The notes beneath the pieces were generated by a model, which was not told the origin of the DNA, ran no database searches, and worked only from the letters and a program-made list of their open reading frames with translations. From Antedon mediterranea (Eukaryota > Animalia > Echinodermata), in NCBI RefSeq assembly GCF_964355755.1, contig NC_092670.1, positions 20,446,795 through 20,510,794 on the forward strand: 64,000 nucleotides of DNA, read 5' to 3'. The translations under genes and the position numbers were made by a program. Below, piece after piece: positions 23,801 through 37,100 of the stretch (within the stretch, counting starts at the first letter, position 1; each line of letters opens with the position of its first letter).

Positions 23801-26800
23801 TTTTATTATATCATAATCCTAATAAAATACAGTACAGTATTTAACTGTATTGATGTTTATACTGTGAGTAACTGCTGCAGTATTCTTTTGTTTGAAATAC
23901 TGTACACTATAAACAGGACATTATTACCTTCACCATAACCAGTTTAACTATTAAGTAAACAATAAATGATTAATTTAAATTAAAGAGACACATTTAATAT
24001 TATTGGACCTGTATCTATTCTCCACCAATCAAACTATTTTATTTTGGTCACCAGCTGAGGCATATGGCTCCATTGTTAATATTCATTGTTGTTCAAAAAT
24101 AATTGATTCAGGCAACAGCTTCAATAAAAACTGGTTCTAACCAGTTCTTGTCATGCCTCAGTGGTTTTATGAAGGCCATGATTGCAAAATCAATGAAAGC
24201 AATGTGTTCTGCTGTGTTGAATTATTGATGACTCATAAATTTCCTGCTGTGTTCCTAGCAAAAAACATTGGCTGTTGCTGCATAATTAGCTACGTGCATG
24301 ATCTCACTTGAATTACATATTATATGCACACATCTGAATGGTTGGCCACTGGTAAATGTCTTTTGACATGGATAACAAAAAATGTATTCACTTTGTTGTT
24401 GTGCCAAGTACTTTACCTTGTTTGAATAATGTGTGGGTGTATAATAGCCATTTGGATGACAGTTTTTGAACTGGTTAATACGTTTAATTTAATTAATTAA
24501 CGGATGTTTCATTTTGCAAGTGACTAATTTTCATAAACTTCCTGCTAAATAAAGTAAAAATATTATTGAAAACATTTTTTTTGTGGCTATGCAGCTGTTT
24601 GATTCATAATCATATGTGTATTAGTCTTTGTCTAAAAAAAAAGATAAAAACAACATTGCAATTTATCATCCTTATAAAAACATAATAAAGCTCAAAAGTG
24701 TTGATATAAACATTGTTTTGATAAGGTGGTACATTTTGGTCAATAGCTTACACACAAGGAATTTGTCCTTGAGCCAATGCAAATAAACTAGTTAGTTTAC
24801 TTGGCTTCAAGCCAAAGGCAACCTTGGATTGAGTGTATGCAGTTTACATTATACTGGACTTAAATGGATTTTTGTTCATCAGTTTGTTGTTTCACCTGCT
24901 AGCACCTGCTGTAATTGTAGGAAATTGTTGGTTGAGAACATACAGCAGATTAGTTTGATAGATGGAAGATGCTAATTGGTTTAACCAGAATTCTGGCTAT
25001 CCATCATAATCAGTGTATTTGGCATGACAGAATTCTCATTTATTAGAGGTAGTATATCTGAAATATATAATTTTTTTTTTCATTTCAGGGTTCTTAATAT
25101 TTATTATAACTGTATATTTTGTTTGTATAGATAGTATAGCTTTTACATTTACTTTTTAAATAACAGCGCAAGTTCTGGTAGTTCTTTTTTAACTCATTGA
25201 TTATTATGTAAATGTGATTCACAACCTATTGTACTGTTATGTTGATTCGATTTTTAACAATAGATTTTAGAACAAATAATTTTGTCACAAGTTGCATTCA
25301 GGAATGTAGACTTGTTCTGGTTGATTGAACAAACCGGTTTAAACCAGTTTGGGTGCTTGTATTTGTGTGATGAACAGACAATAATTCATATCATTATTGA
25401 TTCACTAGGGCAAGAGTTAACCAATCAGATCACCAATTGATTTTTATCTGGTAAGATTATCATTATAAAGTAAAATCACCAAAAAAAAAATTTGTAAATT
25501 ATCATTTGCCCTTTGTTCAACTTTTGTTTTTCTTTCTGTTTCATGCAATTGATTGGTGTTTTTGTTTGCTTGTACTATACAAATTTTATAGATGAATGTC
25601 AGCACAAACAGTATAGTTTATAAATCAAACAAATTCATATTTTATCATCAGTCAATTCAATTAATTTTATTATAATTTATTTTGAAATAATGAAAACTGT
25701 TTATTGATGTTAGTTTCATTTTGTCACTTGCTCTTGTGATGACGTCGGAATGTTATTTCTTATACGTTATAGAATAAACAATTGATAATGTATGTACATA
25801 TATCTTACTTCAACTACATCAACCATGAATTAACTACAGTATGTGTAAATGTGTCATGAGAAAATGTTTATCTCATGCAGTACATGTAATTAATGCTAAT
25901 TTTGCCATTAGGATTAGCATATCTGTTATCTCGTGGTAAATTGGAATAGGCTGAATGCCAATTATCATTTACTCCACTCCTATTTGCTGTACTGCCTGAA
26001 ACTGGTTAGAACCGGTTTCAACTGGATTATAATCCTCTAGTGAGGTTAATGATTGGCTGGGATGTAGTGCTTTTAGATTATCAGTTTGATTCATTTCATG
26101 CATTGCTGCAGACTAATTCACATAAAACAGGATGTTTATGCAAATTTGTTGAAACCTATTTTTTTTTACCAGATCTGGCCAGGTTTTGAATTACAGTATG
26201 TATCCATGCTATTTTTCATCGTTTAAAAACAAATTTTATTGCATGCCTTCTTGCTATGTAAACTTGTGTTATATTTTTATATCTTTCTATTAATGTATTT
26301 TTAGTATTTTATAAATAATATTATTATATGATTTGTCAAAATACTAATTGTTGTTATGAACTTGATGATTTTACATTATTTGCTATTAATACTGTACTGT
26401 TGAAATATTAATTGATATTTTTGAATTTATTTATTATTTAAGTTGATACATATTTTATTCTCCTTGTTGTTATATTTGACCAATGGTTTATCCATTTTAG
26501 TCAAATGAACATGTTAGTCAAATTAAGAATCTTCTTTTAATTAACACTCATAACAATTCTAATATCATTCTCTTTGTTCAAAAAGGCCTAAAATATCTAG
26601 GCAGGATAGATTGATAAAAAAGATTAATATGTTCCACATGACCGACCCTATTGTTATATTTTTAGCCAACAAAACCAATTTATTTTATCTTTTGGTTGGC
26701 CACTGGATGAATTAAATGGACTTAGTGAACTTGTGACCTTTGAAACCAAGGGATTATACTCACATGCTTCCTTTGCTTTTCTGTACAAATAGTAACCACA

Positions 26801-28158
26801 GTAATTAGACTGATACTATAGAGTTGTTTTAATACATAATATTTTAATAAATGAATAATGAATTATTATTATATGAGCATAAATAAAATTCTTAGCTTAA
26901 TTGATTATGGGATGATGCATCTTATTATTTGTCGTGTAATTTGGTTGAAAACTGTCATGGCTATAAGATTGCCATATCATAATTTATGTTTTTTTTTTAA
27001 GGTGGCAAGGGCAGACGGAAACCTATGATAAGGTTAGTCTTTACATGCTAATCATTAGATAATAATAATAATAAAAGATAAATGTTACACAAAATAGTGT
27101 ACAGAAACAATAAAAAGAAAAATAATAATAAAGATTTTATACAATAACAATAGATGATCATTTTATTCTAAATGATCACCTAAAAATATTGACACTATGA
27201 TGATGTCAATGTACTGTATTTGATAGTGTGCAATGTACAAATCAATTCATATTAAAATACAGTACTTTCTTTTTTAAAACATTTTTAAAATTAATAAAAT
27301 GCATTGTTCATTTTATTTCAAATCTCACTAAAGTTAATTAAACTTAAGATATAACTGAAAAGTACTAAATAGTATTTTTTTTTTAGTTTCTTCCTACACC
27401 TTCATCCCTCTTCCAATACCCTGCACCCCTTCCCCCTCCCCCAGCACCAAAAAAAAAAAAATTTTTTTTTTTTCCTTTATAGAAATCAAGAACCAGCGAA
27501 GCAGTTGGAGGGTTTGTACAGCTTTTATCAAAACATTGTAAATTTTAATATTTTAACAATAACAGTTGAATTGAATATACATTAAGTTACTATCCATCGG
27601 TTCAGAAGTATCAAACCTGCCCTTGTCCATTGTAGTGCTTCCGTTATATAATATTATTGATGTGTGTTATACATAATATAAAGTTATAGGAGTATGAGAT
27701 AACTAGATCGCATGGTTACAGTGCTCGATACCATTGGTAGAGCTAGATATATATAAAACAGTACTGTATAAAAGATAAAACGTGGTTACACGACAAATTA
27801 TTTTCGTATGCAAGCAGGGCTAACACACTCATCAGGTGGAAAGTACAACCATAATATAAAATTGTATTTTTCACAGGGACATCATTGGTGGGTAAATCAG
27901 GTGATGTAACATCGAAGAAAGGACTTTTTGGAAGTGATTTGGAGACACTTGTTCGACCAACTCGCATTGGCGGCAGAAACAAATCAAAGTTCAAGTTAAA
28001 AGACTGCTTTGTTGTCATAGATAGATTTAATCAAGCAAGACGTACGACTGTACTTCATGATATTGATAGGTGAGGACATTGACCTGAGTACAAATCATTT
28101 TTCTGTAGATTTTAATTTGTAATTTTCTGAAAATACAGTATTTTTTAAATGTCCTGTA

Positions 28159-28199
<41 letters not shown>

Positions 28200-31100
28200 G
28201 ATCAAATAAGTTAAAACTGCCTCAATATAGATTTATTTTAACGACATGTTTCGGATATTACAATTTCTGGTGTTAAAGTATGTAATGGTTCTGAGACATC
28301 TCGTAGAATTATAGAAGAAAGAATAATTGTAACGCTTGGCACTCTTGCCCCTACCGGCATAAATGTACAATTTAGATCCTTTAAACATTAATTTTGCCAG
28401 AGACATTCACATATTAACAATTATTTACACTTGAAGCTTTTGTCTTTGTTTTAAATTTCCTGCTTTATAAGCAACCATTCCTGCTTTGTACCCCATAGCT
28501 TTTGGAGGCGTGCCTTTATAACTATGCCTTTTGTTTGTTAACATCTTTGATTGGCTGATTTGTTTTATTATGTAATTTTGTTACTTATATGTTATCCTTT
28601 GTTACAATTCTTTTCACCTGATGATGGGCTATGCCTGAAACATGTCGTTAAAATAAATCTATATTGAGGCAGTTTTAACTTATTTGATCTTGATTTTTTT
28701 CTATATCCTGCCTATGCAGCTCTTTAATTTTTTATATATATATATCAGTGCAGATCCGTGATTTGTGGAGGGGATTGGGGTGGGGTGGTGTGGATAGCCT
28801 AAAATTGTAAAATAAAGTGTAAAATTAACATGTCTTTATGAAATTTCCTCATATACGGTATTTCATTAAATCTCAAGCTTTGAATGGTTAAAGATACAAC
28901 TTTTCATAATCTGATTCAAATCAGTTGATCTCTGTTTCAGGGATTATATTTCCTTATTGAGATAAAAATATAATTTTTTTTTTGTGTGATTATTAAATTA
29001 TAATTATGAAAAAATATAAATTTAATTCATCGTATGTTTATTTATTTTAGGAGTTGGAGTATTCGACAACCTTGTAGAAGAAAACCAAACTACTTAATCA
29101 AACTGTTAAACAGTAAGTATTTGATTTCTGCATCAAGTACTGCAGTACATTCATAGCATTTTTACTATTATCATGCCATTTTAATTAATTTTAAATCGAG
29201 AATATTAATTTTTAGTTAGTCAGTTTTGAAATTGGTTGTACAGCATTGGTAACCCTGTATCTATTAGTTAACATTTTTCCTGATAAATTATAGCCATATT
29301 AGTAAACAACACCTGATACAGTATGTTCAACTGAAATTATTATATATAATCTGCCTTGACCTTTTAAGATGATCTGGTTAACTAACTGAAATGTCCCTTA
29401 ATCAGGATTTGATGTAAAATTATTATGTTACATAGAATTGTCTTGAGCAGGAATCTTTGTTGTGGCGGTTTCTTTAATTGTAGTGACATTTTTGGTTTTT
29501 TAATTTTTTTTTTATTTACTTTGTTTCAGAGGAGGAAATAATAATGAGTGCAACACCCAAACCAGCTCCTGTGCAACGTAAACAATTTGCTCGAAAGTCT
29601 ACAGGCAAACAATACATACACAAAAAGAAAACAGAATTTCAGGAATCTGAGGCTAAACGGTTGAGATATGAAGAACCTAAAAAACCGCCAGATAAACCTA
29701 CCGATAGGGTGAAAAATGGAAAACTTGACTTTGGTAAAAAGGTAGAAGATGAATTTGGAAGTACTACAATATCAGAGATAGCGGTCACACCAAAGACTGC
29801 TATGATAGTTGAAAACAATGGTGGGTCACATTCAACACCAGATAAAGGATCTATATCCGTTGAAGTTCATGTGGTGACACCGAAAACGAAAGTAAGAGAG
29901 ATTAAATCTGTGTCACAAACACCGCTTAATAATCAAAATCAAACTCCAAATAAAGATCATGATAAAATGGGAAAACTCAACAATAAATACAGTGGTAACA
30001 ACATCAGGAATCACCAACCAATAATTGATGAAGCTCAAATAAATGTTAGGCCGACAACTGAGAAATCTAGAATAAATTCTGTACCATCAAGCAACAAGGT
30101 TAAGATGAACTCTGCACCGTCAAGTGACAAAGCTAAAATGAACTCTGTACCATCAAGTGACAAAGCAAATATAAGTTCTGCACCATCAAGTGACCAACCT
30201 AAAATAAATTCTTCACTATCAAGCAACAAGGTTAAAATAAACTCTGTACCATCAAGTGACAAAGCTAAAATGAACTCTGTACCATCAAGTGACAAAGCAA
30301 ATATAAGTTCTGCATCATCAAGCAACAAGGTTAAGATGAACTCTGTACCATCAAGTGACAAAGCAAATATAAGTTCTACACCGTCAAGTGACAAACCTAA
30401 AATGAACTCTGTACCATCAAGTGACAAAGCAAATATAAGTTCTGCACCGTCAAGTGACAAAGCTAAAATGAACTCTGCACCATCAAGTGACAAAGCAAAT
30501 ATAAGTTCTGCACCATCAAGTGACAAAGCTAAAATGAACTCTGCACCATCAAGTGACAAAGCAAATATAAGTTCTGCACCGTCAAGTGACAAAGCTAAAA
30601 TGAACTCTGCACCATCAAGTGACAAAGCAAATATAAGTTCTGCACCATCAAGTGACAAAGCTAAAATGAACTCTGTACCATCAAGTGACAAAGCAAATAT
30701 AAGTTCTGCACCATCAAGTGACAAGGTTAAAATGAACTCTGCACCATCAAGTGACAAAGCTAAAATGAACTCTGTACCATCAAGTGACAAAGCTAAAATA
30801 AATTCTTCACTGTCAACTGACAAAGCTAAAATTATTTCTGTGCCATCAAGTGACAAAGCTAAATTAACATCAAGCAAACTGTCTTGTGAAGCTGTTTCTG
30901 AGTCAACAGATAAAAACAAAGGTATGACTGAATCTGAACAAAATATCAGAACATCAAATGACATTGACATTAATAAAGTACGGAAAGGTTTAAAATCGCA
31001 GAAGTTTAAGTCCATTTTAAATAAAGTATTCAAGCATAGAATTGAAGTAAACAATGTTTCTAGTCAGAAAGAGGTGAAAAAAAATCCAGATGCAATAACT

Positions 31101-34100
31101 GACAAAACTGAAGAAGGAAATCGTGCCTCTGGTCCGGAAGTATCGGTGAAAGAGGTGAGGTATTCAGATACCAGGAAGAACCTTAACAAAGTAAAACATT
31201 CTTCTGGTGAAAAATTATTAGCTAAAGAGCAGAACAGTGATGTAAGAAATTTGCAGTGCTTGACAAATAATAGCCCAAATGATGAAGTAATAACAGTTTC
31301 TGGTCAAAAAGAATGCGACAAGATTGTTGGTAAAAATTTAGATAGAGAGATCAACCATCACAAAAAGGATGAAGTTATAAATGCTTCTGATCGAAAAGAA
31401 TCTGTAAAAGAAGGGGAGAGTGTTATAGGGGATCATAATGAAAACTTTGGCAAAGATGAAAAAATAAATGCTTTTGATCAAACAGCACAAATAAAAACAA
31501 TTAATAATGTTGTAAGCGATACACATACATTGAAAAACCTTGATAAAGATGACCACATAATTAATGCTGCGAAAAAGTCCTCATTGAAAGAGGTAAGATT
31601 GGATACAAAAAATGACAATGGCAAAGATGAGATTTTGGATGGATTCAAGAGTAATCCCAGCAATAGTCCTGATGAAACAAGCATTCCATCTGAAATTTCT
31701 AACAAAGTACTAATAAATGAAATAAAATTTGCTCAAAACGAAATGAAAACTCCTGTAAAACAAATAATAGATGTGGATTGTGATGATGATGTGCAGTTTA
31801 TCAGTAAATCTTGTAAAAATTGTAAACTAACTAAGTTGTGTGATGAGAATAAGTCCTGTAAAAATTCAAAAGTTTCATCTACAAGTATTAATAAGAACCC
31901 CGGAAAAATTTTCCAAAGTAGTTTTGTGGATTTTACAAGAAAAAGGGCATTAATTGACGATTCCGATGATGCAATAAATAAGGGTATTTGTAACAGTGTA
32001 TCAACGGAGATCAATACTTTTGACTTGGAACATGGGCTCACCTCGAACAAAAGAACGAAAAATATATTAACGGAAAAGACATATTGTGAGTCTGAACATG
32101 TGCTAACTTCAGATAAAGCTAATGATGTAAAAAGTGTGTTAAATGCTGTTGAAAATGTTGCCAAAGCAGCAAAGTCTGATCAACAAAATGACAAAACTGA
32201 TGTTACTACAAAAACAGCTGTCCCATTTAATAGTGATACGGAAGCAGTTAAAGATGTAACACCTGCCATTGCTGCAAACACTATAATATCTAATAATGAC
32301 AAATTGATTGAGAAAGAAGTTTCAGTTGCTAATGAAATTGATGTATGTGCCATTTCTTCCAAGAATATTGTTTTTTTGCCAGATATGATTATGGATATTT
32401 CTGGTTCAGTTGACAAGGAATCAAAAAAGTCACCTACAGATTCCAATAAAGAAGTTGCATCTGACATTTTATCTATAAAAGAGACTAATGAAGTTGTTGA
32501 ATCATGTAAACCTAGTTTATCTCTTAACTCTGATGTCAAAACTATTTCTGATAACACCATAGAAGGTGAACCAGTACATTCCATAGACCCAGAAGTAATG
32601 CTATCTGACGATATGTCACCAGTAGTTTTAGGTGGTCATAAAACCACCGGCTCTGAATTGAAAGAATCGGATGCTCAGAGTGAAAATGCGAGCGAAGTGA
32701 ATATTGTAAAAGCTTCGAAAGTGGAAGTAAAAGAAATCAGTGCTGATGACATTGCAATGTGCCATAATGAAGTAAGTTTCCTGGATGTTGTATACCCTGA
32801 GGAAAATTCCAATGAGGTTGTTAAATCAGCAGACAAGTCTAACAATGATGTATCTGAAAAGGTTGAGTTTTTGGCTCTTATTGATGAAGAGACAACTAAA
32901 CAAAATAGTTCTATTAAGACCAAAAAGGGAACAGAGATCATCAAAGAGGTTATACCAGTCATAGAGAGTGTTTGTACTACAGCTTCTGAAGGTATACCAA
33001 TAATAGAGTCTGTTGTAAGTGGGATGGAAGTAGATTATGTTCCTGAAATTGACGCTCCTGAAGCTCCAGTAGAAAAGAGTTCAGCTTTTACAGGTATTGA
33101 TCAGAACATTTCTGAAAACATATTGGATGGGGATTCATATAAAGGCAGTGATTCGACCAAAAGACCTGGTTCTCCGATCCAAGCAGGCAACCAGGCGGCA
33201 AAGAAATTGAAAGTTAACATTATCCATGATGATGCAAAAGAAAAAAGTAAGTCTAATGATTTTAGAATTCTTTTAATTGATCTTTTTTATTATGATATTC
33301 TCCTATAATCTTTTACTATTGTATATATTGATTCTGTACATGTACTGCACTTCGATAAAGTGACTTGTTTTATTCTTGTTTAGAAACTTGTGACTTGGAG
33401 GTTATTCGGCAAAGTCTTCCAGAAGGCTATGAAATCATAAGAACAGAGGTATTTGACTTAACTTTTTACTTACTTTTACTGAATTTTAGTATTTAGTGAG
33501 TTAATTTAAATTATCCTATTGTGTTTTTTTTTTTCAGGAATTAAACAAACTCGTTGCAGAAAAATTCTCAAAACTTCTGAAATCAACCACTGAACAATTA
33601 CAAAAGTTGTCAAAAACTTTCAAAGAAACCAATAAGGCAAATCGTGAACAGATCGAAAATCTTAATAAGCAATTAGAGGTACTGTATATAACTTTTTTAC
33701 AGATACAGTAGATATTTAGGGCTAGTGACAAATTGTTGGTTGGTAGTTTTTGTTATCTGCATGGTAAATTTTAACTGTACGAGTGAGCAAGTATACAGCT
33801 ACTGTCACAAACAACACTTATAGTCAAGTACACTGGGCCCTCTAGCAGAACAGTCTCCAGTATAAAAAAATAAATAAACCAGTGAACATGAATGGATTTG
33901 TAAGCAGGATAATTTGTTTTTATGTTGTAGCAATGCTGCTATTATCTTGCAATAGATTAGAATAGAAATAATAAGTGAAAATATCACTACAGTATAACCT
34001 TAAAATTAAGCAAAATCATAATTTATGAAACAGGATAAAAGACCAGTTATGAAGTCTGTTGAAGTGCAAAATGAGAAGGACTTTTTCATCCGTGCCATTA

Positions 34101-37100
34101 AAGAGAAGACGCATAAAGTATTGAGTTCCTTCAAAGTCCCACGTGTGAAGAGGTTAGAAGCCGCTCTTTTACGGGTTAATGAGTCTGCCAATGCTGCCAT
34201 ACAAAGAGCTACTAATGCTACCAAACCAATGCAACCTCCTGTAGCTCCTCCAGCTCTTATCAACACACCGCCTACAAGACAAGTTATGACACAGTCACCA
34301 AATCATAGAGCACAACAAAGTACTTCACCATCAAAATCTATGAATTCTGCTGCAGTGTCTTCTAAGCCTGTAAAGGTAAATACTACTTTAAATGTACAGT
34401 TCCACTTTTATTAACAAGGCACCTCATAATCAAAACACCTTCCATAATAAACACTCAATCAGTAGGCTAACATTTCAACTGTATAATGTATTACATTTTC
34501 ATCCATATAAACATGCAACATTCCTGTTTATTCCTACATTCAGTATGACCTAACAATTGAATTTAAATTTTATTTTCCAGTCACCTATATCTGAACTCCA
34601 AACCATGTTAAGTACTACACCACCTAAAAATACAACAAGCCCATGTAGTTACCTAACAAGAACTATTCCTGCGAGGTCACCACAAGTAAGTTGAATAAGG
34701 TTGAACCTCTGGGAGTATGGATAGTATATTAAATACCTATGGATAGGTAGAAGGCGTAGTGGTGATCAAGGAGTCTTGATAAAGGGTTGGATGGCTCTGT
34801 TTTCTACTTTGATAGTATGAAGTATAGCAATTGGTTAACAAAAGTTGACTTGTATAGCTTTTCATATACTTGGAAGTTGGTTTTACTTTATAATACATGT
34901 ATATAATTATGTTTATTGACCTTTCAGGGTGTTTCCAAGAGTTCTTCACCAACTCACCCACCTTCAAGTCCAAATAAAGTAATTAGAAAATCGCATTTAC
35001 CAATGGCAGTTATTGATTTGACAGATGAGGATGATGTTGCTACTCCCCCCACACCAACACATTCAGCAAATCAGACATCTTCTAAACCTTCTCTAACTCA
35101 ACCACCTAAATTGATAAAAAAGACTGTATCTTCACAAAATGCTGCAACTTCTACACCTCCACCTCTTGTACCTTCAGTAGTACATCAGAATAATGTACCA
35201 GCTTCCAGATCAACCAGTAGTGTGAGAATGGCTCTTGCAACACAGAGTGCCGTGTCCAATACAATACCTCAGGCAGGACCTGCTAGGCGGATGCCTATCC
35301 ACCCCAATACTGAAACCAGGTACAATCATCCACCTTCGAATACAACATCTGTTGGTCATCAGATGGAACACAGAAATCCAGTCTATGCACCAAGGACTTC
35401 AAATCCATTGATGACTAGATTACCTCATCCATCTATATCAAAAGTTTTAACTCATTCAACAAGCCAGCCAGGAGGCCAATATATCAATCAAAGAGCAGCA
35501 CCAGGACCACAAGAGTTCACACGACCACCAATGGTCAGGGCTTTTTCATCACATTACAGACCGTTAACCTCCAACAGCATTCGTCCGGTACCACCACCTA
35601 ATGTTACTGCCCCATTAATGAAACAAACATCGTCATCGGCACTACAAAGATTGTTACAACCACAGAATAGAGCCTCCTATGCACCTCCGAGCTACAGCAC
35701 TGCATTGATTACACAAGGACAGCTACCATCATTAATTACTGTAAGTTGTTGTTTTGTAATACTTTATACCAGAACTATCAGAAAATCTCATCTTGTTCTC
35801 ATGTTGTCCTCACTCAAACCAGATAAAATTTTAATTGAAATTGTTTTAGGCTTCAGCACCTGGAACTGTCCCAACGATGCTGCCACCAACTGGGAATGCA
35901 GTCATTCTTCAAAGGCAACAGGCTATACGACCTCAATCTCAATCTAGCAACCCTGGTAGTTATCCAGTCGTCGTAAGAATGCCAACTCCTTCACAACAGC
36001 CGGTAAGTAAGGTAAGAGGTTTCTTCTGGCTGCTCTCCGAAAAATATTTAGAAAGTGTCTTAATAAGCTCATCATGTCAGGGAATTGACTGTACAGTACA
36101 GTACTAATTTATTCTGTTTCAGGCTCCAATAACCAATAGTGCATCTTCAAATAGTCAAGCAGCACATCTCCACACAACTATGATGAGGCTCAAGGTTTGT
36201 TTTCAGATATTTTGTACTATAAATAAAATAGCATTCGCATCAAAAAGTTTTGCTGTTGTTTTGTTTCTATCATTTTTTATTTTCAAATTGACTTTTGATT
36301 TTAAAATTTAGCAAACAATTGATAATCTGCAAAGCAAACGCACTGAGATCTCTGTCAAACTACAGAAAAAGGATCTTACAATTACCCGACGTGATGAGCT
36401 TATTAAGACACTACAGGAAGTCCAGGTAAAAAGAGATATTTTAGAATTGTTTGTGCTCTAAGTAATTGTGTGGTAGAAGATGGCTAATGTTATGATACAG
36501 ACCAACAAAACTAATGCTCTTCATTAGATTTTATTTTTATACTGTTCTGTTTTAGTGACTTACAGTACTATATAGTATGCTTTAAAAAAAACCATGTATT
36601 TTGCAGGAAAAACTCATGAATGCTAACCAGAAACACAACAAGTGTCAGACAGACTTAACAAATATTCATGGACAATCATTTAGAAATTCAAATGCAGCTC
36701 TACAATCATCTTTGCAAAATGATGCTGGTGCTGCACCTAAACCGACAGCAGCATCGCAGCTAGTAGCTCTTTCACAGCAGCAGATCCATCATCATCAACA
36801 GCAGCAGCTTCAACAGCAGCAACTTCAACAGCAGCAGCTTCAGCAGCAACAACAGCACCAGCTGCAACAACATCAGCAGCTGCAACAACAGCAACAGCTG
36901 CAACAACAACAGCAACAGCTGCAACAACATCAACATCAGCAGCAGCAGCTGAAACAGCACCAGGTCCAGCAACTCCATTTGCAGCAACGACTTCAGTCTC
37001 AGCAACAATTACAGCTGCAGCAGCCTCTGCACCCAGCACCACTCCCTCCTCAACCAGTTCCTGCACAGTTGCCCTTTGAAGCTAACCTACAACATAAACC

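Noticed and set aside
25735-25830. Possible intronic box C/D snoRNA (GTGATGA)
   Set aside because: No suitably placed CTGA box D and no terminal stem.
30035-31054. 339-aa minus-strand ORF with LALSLDGAE repeats
   Set aside because: Antisense shadow of the ATF7IP coding minisatellite, with no independent domain. The same applies to the other minus-strand ORFs at 31338-34266.
29544-33308. 1254-aa ORF as a stand-alone gene
   Set aside because: It is one large ATF7IP exon. A donor at 33246 makes the last approximately 20 codons intronic.
36737-37066. Poly-Ala/Val and poly-Leu minus-strand ORFs
   Set aside because: Reverse-complement readings of the CAG/CAA polyQ tract.
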